Made by a program: the position numbers and the translations under genes. Under the pieces are notes generated by a model. It did not search any database and had not been told where the DNA came from. It saw only the letters and a program-made list of their open reading frames with translations. This document shows, piece after piece, positions 17,441-24,234 of a DNA stretch of 25,626 bases. The number at the start of each line of letters is the position of its first letter. The stretch's first letter is position 1. The DNA is from a virus (taxonomy: Duplodnaviria > Heunggongvirae > Uroviricota > Caudoviricetes): the IMG/VR virus record IMGVR_UViG_3300027770_000048, one strand, 5' to 3'.

Positions 17441-18057
17441 TTACCTGTTCCGTAATGCGGCCATTTATTTTTATAATTATACCAAATCACATTAGAAGGT
17501 ATTTCTCTTTTAATTCCACCCCAAGTTTCAATTGTTGGTGTATTAGTTGAAACTCCATTATCTTCGACAACAAATATTATAGGCAAATCCAAATTAGTTG
17601 CGTATTTATGCATTTCATAAAACTGACCTGTTTCAAATGCCATATCACCAATAAAACACCAAACTTTTTCATCACCACCACTTTGTTTAATTCCCATAGC
17701 TGCACCAACCGCAATTGGAATAATTGATGATACAATTGCAGATGCATAAAATTTATCTTTTTCACTAACAATTGTAATACTTCTACCTGCTAATATTTCT
17801 TCTTCTAACCATACCGGACTAATTCCTTTAATTAATGCATGATAATGAGAACGCCAAGTTGAAAATACCCAATCGGTGGATTTCATTCGTTTACCAATTT
17901 CTATTAATTGTTCCTCATTTCCTCCACTCAAATGAACTGGTCCTTTGATTTTTCCTTCTTCCCAATGTTTTACTATAAAATCTTCAAACTTAATTAAAGA
18001 TGTTATGGTTTGTTCAATATCTTTTATAATTGGATATTGTTCTAAATTTTTTATCAT
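17425..18057 (-). CDS. ThDP-dependent enzyme alpha subunit (PDH E1-alpha-like, truncated)
   Basis: GPVHLSGGNE, STWRSH, and the ThDP/Mg motif CFIGDMAFETG...FVVEDNG. It is 210 aa long and ends at WPHYGTG. Confidence 0.87.
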   Translation of the reverse strand: MIKNLEQYPIIKDIEQTITSLIKFEDFIVKHWEEGKIKGPVHLSGGNEEQLIEIGKRMKSTDWVFSTWRSHYHALIKGISPVWLEEEILAGRSITIVSEKDKFYASAIVSSIIPIAVGAAMGIKQSGGDEKVWCFIGDMAFETGQFYEMHKYATNLDLPIIFVVEDNGVSTNTPTIETWGGIKREIPSNVIWYNYKNKWPHYGTGKWITF

Positions 18058-18590
18058 CTATCTCTTTTTTGTAGTGTTGGATTATTAGAAGGCCATTCCA
18101 TTTGATATTCTGGGTCATTCCATTTAACTACACCTTGCTCATTTGCATCTACATAACCATTTTTATAAAATAAATTATAATGAAATATACAATCAGTTAA
18201 TGCGTAGTGGCCGTTTGCAAATCCAGGTGGAACTAATATTTGATTTCTATCTTTATCAGTTATCATAAAAGATTCCCACTCTCCAAAGGTAGTACTATTT
18301 TTTCTCATATCTAATACAATTAGGTAAATATCTCCAACTACGGCTTGAACTAACTTCCAAGTCTTATTATCGTAATGCAATCCTCTTAATACACCTTTAT
18401 ATGATTTTGAGAATCTACCATGTACTTCATTTCCTTCACCTATTTTTGTAATTACAGGGTGTTCACCTGAATGAAAGGTTGTAAATATTTCACCTCTATA
18501 TTCTCTATAAATTGATGGAGTATATGTTGGTACTTCTAATCCAAATTTTTTCGAAGGAGTAATTTGAAACTCATCCCATTTATTACTCAT
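18054..18590 (-). CDS. rmlC: dTDP-4-dehydrorhamnose 3,5-epimerase family (cupin)
   Basis: YRGEIF, SYKGVLRGLHY, KLVQAVVGDIY..VLDMRKNSTTFGEW, LVPPGFANG, WNDP. The nucleotide specificity is not certain. Confidence 0.9.
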   Translation of the reverse strand: MSNKWDEFQITPSKKFGLEVPTYTPSIYREYRGEIFTTFHSGEHPVITKIGEGNEVHGRFSKSYKGVLRGLHYDNKTWKLVQAVVGDIYLIVLDMRKNSTTFGEWESFMITDKDRNQILVPPGFANGHYALTDCIFHYNLFYKNGYVDANEQGVVKWNDPEYQMEWPSNNPTLQKRDR

Positions 18591-18591
18591 A

Positions 18592-19575
18592 CTATGTTTG
18601 ATTTGCGTATCCTAAAGGAAAACCATTTCTAAATTCAAAACCCATTTTTGGTACTATCATTTGATATGCCATTATAAGTTCTTTAATACCTCTATCTAAA
18701 TCCCATTGTGGCCCCCATCCTGTTGCTTCTAACTTATCGTTTGATACAATATAGTTCCTCTTATCTGGGTCCTCATAATAGTCATCGTAGACCACTGCAA
18801 AGTCCTTTACATGAGATTGTATTTTTTCTAATAATTCTTGTTTTGAAAGATTTGCATTACTCAATCCTACATTGAAAACTTCACCTTTATATTTGTCATA
18901 ATGTTGAATCATAAAACAAAAAGTAAATGCTACATCCTGTATATGAATGAAATTTCTTTTGAACGTTTTTTCAAATACAACAACATATTTGTCAGTAATT
19001 GATTTATAAACAAAATCGTTTACTAATAAGTCAGTTCTCATTCTTGACGAAACTCCAAAAACAGTTGCCAATCTAAATATGATTGCATCCGTTGAAGTTC
19101 TTAAAAAGTTTTCAGCATCACATTTAGTTTGTCCGTAAACTGATATTGGAGTAAGTGGAGATTCTTCTGTACATTCCATTTGACCGGTACTTAAACCATA
19201 TCCACTATTTGTATTTGGATATAAAATCTTTTTACCTTTTCCGTTTGTAAATTTAACAATATTAACTATTTGTTGAAAGTTAATTTCTTTTGCTAATTTT
19301 GGGTCTTGTGCACATGCAGGAAATCCTACAATTGCAGCCAATGGAATAATCACATCCGCTTCATCACAAAGTTTTTGTAATAATGATTCGTTACGAACAT
19401 CTCCATGTATAAATTTGAATTTTGACTTTGATATGTATTGTAATAACGAAGTTTGATTGAATAATAATTTATCCAAAACAACTACTTCATAACTTTGTTC
19501 TAATAGTTTTCCAACTAATACCGAACCCAAATAACCTGCACCACCTGTGATTAAAACTTTTTTATTTATATTCAT
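18592..19575 (-). CDS. NAD-dependent NDP-sugar epimerase/dehydratase (extended SDR, canonical YxxxK)
   Basis: VLITGGAGYLGS, GDVR, LAAIVG, YGQTK, FRLATVFG...MRTDLLVN, RNFIHIQDVA. Confidence 0.92.
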   Translation of the reverse strand: MNINKKVLITGGAGYLGSVLVGKLLEQSYEVVVLDKLLFNQTSLLQYISKSKFKFIHGDVRNESLLQKLCDEADVIIPLAAIVGFPACAQDPKLAKEINFQQIVNIVKFTNGKGKKILYPNTNSGYGLSTGQMECTEESPLTPISVYGQTKCDAENFLRTSTDAIIFRLATVFGVSSRMRTDLLVNDFVYKSITDKYVVVFEKTFKRNFIHIQDVAFTFCFMIQHYDKYKGEVFNVGLSNANLSKQELLEKIQSHVKDFAVVYDDYYEDPDKRNYIVSNDKLEATGWGPQWDLDRGIKELIMAYQMIVPKMGFEFRNGFPLGYANQT

Positions 19576-19595
19576 AATATTATTTCATGTTTATT

Positions 19596-20411
19596 TTAAG
19601 GCCCAACAAATGATTGAATTGCAAACCTTTTGAATTTATTTTTAACAAGTTCAATTGAATGACCCACATTAAATTTGGTGAAATCCATTATGACGTAATT
19701 CCCATAAACTGGAATACATTTTACAGCTGACTGATTAAATTCCAAAATTTGTTGGTTATTTGTTTTAATATCTTGTCCTATTAATAATTCACCACCATCA
19801 TCATTATGATATGTAAGTGGGTCTGCCAAATAGAATACTATTACACAAGCTCTTCCTGGATTTATACCATCAAAATGCATTTCGGAAAAATCCCCAGCTT
19901 CATATAAACTATAACCAGTAGCTACTCTAAAGGTATCCTTTTTATCAAATAGTTCGGGATAAATAAGTGAAGTATGTTTTCTAATAACATCTTCAAAATA
20001 AGTATCCATATCCCGTATTTTTTGTGCTTCTGCACCTTCAAAATTTTCTAATTGTAATCTTGACCATTGTTGTGTAGTTCTAATATCTCCACCACCAGCA
20101 ATTACTTGATTAACAAAGTCTTTTCTATTATCCACACGTACATATGGTATTTCCTGTAAAAATTCCTCATCAGTTGGTACTGGTCCAGAATATTCGTTAG
20201 AATTTAAATAATTGTGAGGAGAATTCTGAGCTATAAAATTGTGTCGATAACAATACCATTTTTCTTTTTCATCTGCAGTTTGTCTAAAGTGATTAGTCCA
20301 ATATAAAAACATATCTTCTTTTATACCCGTTAAATCATTAAAAAATTCCTCGAATTTACCAATGTGGTATCCATTGTTTATCAAATTTTTATAGATTTGA
20401 TTATACATCAT
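19596..20411 (-). CDS. 2OG-Fe(II) oxygenase (prolyl 4-hydroxylase-like superfamily)
   Basis: YSLYEAGDFSEMHFDG (HxD), FYLAD...DGGEL, GHSIELV (distal His) and KRFAI (2OG-binding Arg). Confidence 0.85.
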   Translation of the reverse strand: MMYNQIYKNLINNGYHIGKFEEFFNDLTGIKEDMFLYWTNHFRQTADEKEKWYCYRHNFIAQNSPHNYLNSNEYSGPVPTDEEFLQEIPYVRVDNRKDFVNQVIAGGGDIRTTQQWSRLQLENFEGAEAQKIRDMDTYFEDVIRKHTSLIYPELFDKKDTFRVATGYSLYEAGDFSEMHFDGINPGRACVIVFYLADPLTYHNDDGGELLIGQDIKTNNQQILEFNQSAVKCIPVYGNYVIMDFTKFNVGHSIELVKNKFKRFAIQSFVGP

Positions 20412-20479
20412 ATATTTTGTATTTTTTCAACTATAACAGAAATTAAATAACTATTTTCATCCGTAACCAATATTTTCAT
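20408..20479 (-). pseudogene. 23-codon remnant of an SDR epimerase N-terminus, not in the ORF track
   Basis: Translates as MKILVTDENSYLISVIVEKIQNI*, which aligns without gaps to VLITGGAGYLGSVLVGKL of the gene at 18592-19575. Its TGA overlaps the ATG of the oxygenase (ATGA). Confidence 0.6.
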
Positions 20480-20508
20480 TTCAAAAAATGTGTTTATTTT
20501 TTATATAT

Positions 20509-20516
20509 ATAAATAT
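20509..20516 (-). promoter_or_regulatory. Candidate late-promoter octamer ATATTTAT heading the leftward operon
   Basis: Lies in the divergent intergenic region, about 30 nt upstream of the ATG at 20479. The same octamer precedes the 891-aa gene. Confidence 0.35.
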
Positions 20517-20541
20517 AACATAACAAAAATTTTTATAAACA

Positions 20542-21318
20542 ATGAACACAAAAAAGCGATTTTTTGCATTTGGTTGTAGTTACACCCGATGGAACCCAAA
20601 TCCAACTTGGGCAGATTTTATTGGTATAAATTTTGAAGAATATTATAATTTAGGTAAACCTGGAGCATGTAATACCTATATTATGAATCAAGTTATAGAA
20701 GTAAGTGAAAAAATGCAATTTAACCAAGAAACCGATGTGGTAATAGTTGCATTAACCGGATTTGGTAGATTCTCATATTTACAAGCACCACCAAAAAACG
20801 CACCATATGGATATAATTGGATTACAAGTGGTGATATATTATTCAAAAACCCAGGACATAACCAAACAGCTAAATTATTAGCTAATGAAATTTATAATTA
20901 TACATGGGCAGCATATAACTCTTGGATTGCAATAAAAGTAATCAAATCAATTTTGACTTCAAAAAATATAGAACACAAAATTATAATGGTTATTAATAAT
21001 TCTCACTATTTAACAGATTCGGATGCATTGGATTTAAATAGAGGAATTAACACATCTGATGATATAATATCTAAAATTAAAAATATATACGATACATTAG
21101 ATATAACGGAAACGATTGATGAATTCAAATTGGATTATATAACTATGAATGGCGGTAATACCAACGAACATCCTAATAAAGAAATTCATTTTCAATATAT
21201 ATCTAAATATTTTCCAGAATTTGTTACCGAAAAAAGTAAAAATTTATTAAATATCGATATATCTACTCATAACTGGTATTTAGAACTTACAAATCGAATC
21301 ACAAATTTGATAAATTAA
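20542..21318 (+). CDS. Second SGNH/GDSL-like protein (GCS variant)
   Basis: FFAFGCSYT (block I), NLGKPGACN (block II-like) and NEHP (block V His, without the canonical Asp). Confidence 0.62.
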   Translation: MNTKKRFFAFGCSYTRWNPNPTWADFIGINFEEYYNLGKPGACNTYIMNQVIEVSEKMQFNQETDVVIVALTGFGRFSYLQAPPKNAPYGYNWITSGDILFKNPGHNQTAKLLANEIYNYTWAAYNSWIAIKVIKSILTSKNIEHKIIMVINNSHYLTDSDALDLNRGINTSDDIISKIKNIYDTLDITETIDEFKLDYITMNGGNTNEHPNKEIHFQYISKYFPEFVTEKSKNLLNIDISTHNWYLELTNRITNLIN

Positions 21319-21337
21319 AAAATTTGTCGTATATTCA
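21306..21337 (+). promoter_or_regulatory. Weak Bacteroidota-type -33/-7 promoter (TTTG-N20-TATATTCA)
   Basis: TTTG at 21306-21309, a 20-nt spacer, and TATATTCA at 21330-21337 (two mismatches to TAnnTTTG), upstream of the ATG at 21353. Confidence 0.3.
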
Positions 21338-21352
21338 AATATAAATTAAATT

Positions 21353-21490
21353 ATGAAAAACTTTTTAAAAAAATTACCAATCATCGCATTTTTTGTAAAT
21401 TTGTATGAAAAAAAGCAAAGAGAAAAATGTTTTAAAAAAAAATTAGAAGAGTTAAAAAAAAGAGACCCCTTTGTTTATAAGAATTTCTAA
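21353..21490 (+). CDS. Small basic hypothetical protein (45 aa), not in the ORF track
   Basis: MKNFLKKLPIIAFFVNLYEKKQREKCFKKKLEELKKRDPFVYKNF*. It fills the gap between flanking genes. I recall a C-terminal ELKKRDPF(I/V)YK motif in small proteins of large phages (unverified). Confidence 0.7.
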   Translation: MKNFLKKLPIIAFFVNLYEKKQREKCFKKKLEELKKRDPFVYKNF

Positions 21491-21499
21491 TATTTTAAG

Positions 21500-21507
21500 A
21501 TATTTAT
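21500..21507 (+). promoter_or_regulatory. Candidate late-promoter octamer ATATTTAT
   Basis: Lies in the 21-nt intergenic gap, 4 nt before the ATG at 21512. Confidence 0.35.
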
Positions 21508-21511
21508 ACAC

Positions 21512-24187
21512 ATGAATTCATTATTAGAAGCAAATAAACCAAAAGTTACACAATCAATAATCATTTATGGTGGTCGTTTTCAACCATTTCATAAAGGACA
21601 TTACGCAGCATACCAAAATCTAGTATCAGAATTTGGAAACGCAAATGTATATATTGGAACCTCTAACGATACATCTTCCGACAAATCTCCATTTACTTTT
21701 AATGAGAAGAAGGAAATTGCAACTAAGATGTTTGGTATACCAGCATCTAAATTTGTCAAAGTAAACAACCCTTACAGACCCGTAGAGATACTTTCTAAAT
21801 ACGATGGTAAGATTACACAATATATTGCAGCAGTAGGAGAAAAGGATGCCAGTAGGTTAAAGAGTGGATATTTCAAACCATACAAAGGTAAAGCCGGATA
21901 TGGTTATGATGAAGTTGGTTATTACTATACAATACCCGCAGAAGAAAATCCAATTAGTGGAACGGATGTTAGAAAAAAATTAGGAAGTTCAAATAAAGAG
22001 GTAGCTAAAAAGTTTTTCTTAAAAGCATATCCATCGTTTGATAAAGATGTTTTTAAAATGATTACTTCAAAATTAAATGAAAATGGTATGCCAGGTGGAA
22101 TTGGTGTTGGTTTAGTTTTACCTGGTGGATATATTAACGGAGCACCAACAGGTTCTAAAAATGAAATTATCGGTGAAATTGAAAATGAGGTAAACGAATT
22201 TATAACACAATATTTTAATGAAGGTATTTCTGAATCAAAAGAAAACTCAATAAATCACTTTGTGGAGTATGCAACTAAAAAATTAAAGTTAAAAGAAACT
22301 CCAAAAATTACTTTATTAAGTGGTAGAGAATATTCTGAAGCAAAAACCTCTTTAGGTGGGTATAATCCTATGTCTAAAGAAATATATGTTGCAATAGAAG
22401 GTAGACTAACTGCGGACATACTTAGAACTCTTGCACATGAGATGGTTCATAGAAAGCAAGATGAGATGGGTCTGGTAAAAGATGAAATCAAAGATGGTGC
22501 AACAGGTTCTCCAATTGAAAACCAAGCTCATGCAGTAGCCGGTATCTTAATGAGAAACTATGGTAAGATAAATAAACAAATATACAACGAAAGTATTAAT
22601 ATAGATGTTGATAAGGGTGATACTGTATTGATGGGTAAATTTAAAAATAAAAAAGTTGTTGTAAAAGATATTGGAAAGGATGACTACGGAATGCCAACAA
22701 TTAATGGTAAGAAAGCAGCAACATTTAGATTGGGTGATAAAGGACAAAATATATTTAAAAAAGATGAAAATATTGATGAAATGAAATCTACGGATATTCA
22801 TTTTATTAATATTATAAAAATGTATAGAGATTCAACATTTAGAAAAAGAATAAATGCATATCTTTTTGGAAACCCTAATAAAAATAATCCTAATGCAGTA
22901 GCCAGAGAGCTTAGCAATATGAATTATGATGAGATAACTCAAATGGAAAAAGAATTAAATCTTAAACCAGATTTGAATGAATCATTACTATTAGAAGGTG
23001 GAGCATATGGACATATGGCACACCCATTCGATGATATGGATTTAACTTTTGGTGATTTAAAAGATATTATTTCAAAAGCACTTAATGGTGATTTAGGAGT
23101 AGTTAGAGAAAAAACAGATGGCCAAGCTTTAGCAATAAGTTGGAAAAATGGTAGATTGATTGCAGCGAGAAATAAAGGTAATTTAGCAAACGCAGGAGCA
23201 AACGCAATGGGAATAGAGGATGTTGCATCAAAGTTTGGTGGTAGAGGGGGTTTAACAGATGCATACAATTTTGCAATGAAAGATTTATCTGCAGCAATAA
23301 GTGGTTTATCTGATGCACAAAGAAAAAAAATATTCAACGAAGGAAAGTGTTTTATGAATTTGGAAGTAATATGGCCTACATCGGTTAATGTTATTCCTTA
23401 TGGTCAAGCTCTTTTAGTTTTTCATAATACAACTTGTTACGATGAAAAGGGTGTGGCAATTGGAGCAGATGGTGGAGCAGCGGGAACTTTAGCAGGAATG
23501 ATTAAGCAAGTCAACGCAGATGTTCAATCTAAATACACAATACAAGGCCCTCCAATAACTGAAATACCAAAATCGGAAGATTTGAGTTCTAAACAAGGTA
23601 AATATCTTTCAAAACTTTCAAAATTACAATCTGAATTTGGATTAAAAGATTCGGATAATGTTGCAGATTATCATCAAAGTTGGTGGGATTGGTGGATTAC
23701 ATCAAACGCACCTATTAAGGTTGACAAAATTACAAAAGAAGCATTGATTAGAAGATGGGCATTTGGTGATAAAGTATTTAGATTAAATACAATATCAAAT
23801 TTAGAATTACAAAAGTGGGCAATTGACCATGATAAAGTAAATGTTGCAAAACAACAAAAAGATAATATTAAACCATTTGAGGAAATATTTTTAGGTGTAG
23901 GTGCAGATGTATTAGAATTTGTTGGAAGTGTATTAACTGTACATCCTGAAAAGGCAATTCGTGCAATGAAACAAAAATTTGCATCGGTTGCATCACAAGT
24001 TAGAAGTGGTGGTAATCCTGCACAAATACAAAAATTAAAATCAGAATTAGAAAGATTAAATAAATTAGGTGGTATTGAAAAGATAGTAGCAAATGAAGGA
24101 TTGGTATTTGTTTATAATGGTAAAACATATAAACTTACAGGTACTTTTGCACCATTAAATCAGATACTTGGTATTTTTTACTCTTAA
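21512..24187 (+). CDS. Multidomain phage protein: HIGH-family nucleotidyltransferase + HExxH zincin-like domain + two small domains + ligase-like (KxDG) C-terminal domain
   Basis: YGGRFQPFHKGH (HKGH at 21590-21601) and ISGTDVRK; AHEMVH (22436-22450) followed by IENQA; EGGAYGHMAHPFD, REKTDG (K at 23111), NLEV, EGLV (from 24095) and YKL. Confidence 0.82.
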   Translation: MNSLLEANKPKVTQSIIIYGGRFQPFHKGHYAAYQNLVSEFGNANVYIGTSNDTSSDKSPFTFNEKKEIATKMFGIPASKFVKVNNPYRPVEILSKYDGKITQYIAAVGEKDASRLKSGYFKPYKGKAGYGYDEVGYYYTIPAEENPISGTDVRKKLGSSNKEVAKKFFLKAYPSFDKDVFKMITSKLNENGMPGGIGVGLVLPGGYINGAPTGSKNEIIGEIENEVNEFITQYFNEGISESKENSINHFVEYATKKLKLKETPKITLLSGREYSEAKTSLGGYNPMSKEIYVAIEGRLTADILRTLAHEMVHRKQDEMGLVKDEIKDGATGSPIENQAHAVAGILMRNYGKINKQIYNESINIDVDKGDTVLMGKFKNKKVVVKDIGKDDYGMPTINGKKAATFRLGDKGQNIFKKDENIDEMKSTDIHFINIIKMYRDSTFRKRINAYLFGNPNKNNPNAVARELSNMNYDEITQMEKELNLKPDLNESLLLEGGAYGHMAHPFDDMDLTFGDLKDIISKALNGDLGVVREKTDGQALAISWKNGRLIAARNKGNLANAGANAMGIEDVASKFGGRGGLTDAYNFAMKDLSAAISGLSDAQRKKIFNEGKCFMNLEVIWPTSVNVIPYGQALLVFHNTTCYDEKGVAIGADGGAAGTLAGMIKQVNADVQSKYTIQGPPITEIPKSEDLSSKQGKYLSKLSKLQSEFGLKDSDNVADYHQSWWDWWITSNAPIKVDKITKEALIRRWAFGDKVFRLNTISNLELQKWAIDHDKVNVAKQQKDNIKPFEEIFLGVGADVLEFVGSVLTVHPEKAIRAMKQKFASVASQVRSGGNPAQIQKLKSELERLNKLGGIEKIVANEGLVFVYNGKTYKLTGTFAPLNQILGIFYS

Positions 24188-24234
24188 TTTGATATATATT
24201 ATAATAATAAACAGTTACAAAAAGGAAGATTAGT

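Noticed and set aside
13590-18057. Pyruvate dehydrogenase auxiliary metabolic genes
   Set aside because: Both subunits are truncated, no E2/E3/lipoyl genes are present, and the context is NDP-sugar enzymes. Sugar C-acylation fits better.
20508-20515. TATAAATA read as a plus-strand T4 late promoter for the gene at 20542
   Set aside because: It is an exact T4 consensus, but the other intergenic copies are oriented as ATA(C/T)TTAT relative to their genes, which favours the minus-strand reading. It also sits in an (AT)n run, so it is ambiguous.
1-21318. Bacterial O-antigen or capsule locus
   Set aside because: No flippase, polymerase, chain-length regulator, exporter or priming transferase is visible, and the flanking genes are phage-like (probable terL, T4-like multidomain protein). 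Sequence upstream of base 1 is unseen, so this is not absolute.
1-21318. DNA hypermodification cluster (T4-style glycosylated bases)
   Set aside because: No dCMP/dUMP hydroxymethylase, TET/JBP-specific motif, nucleotide kinase or DNA polymerase is linked in the window. Disfavoured rather than excluded; nucleoside LC-MS would decide.
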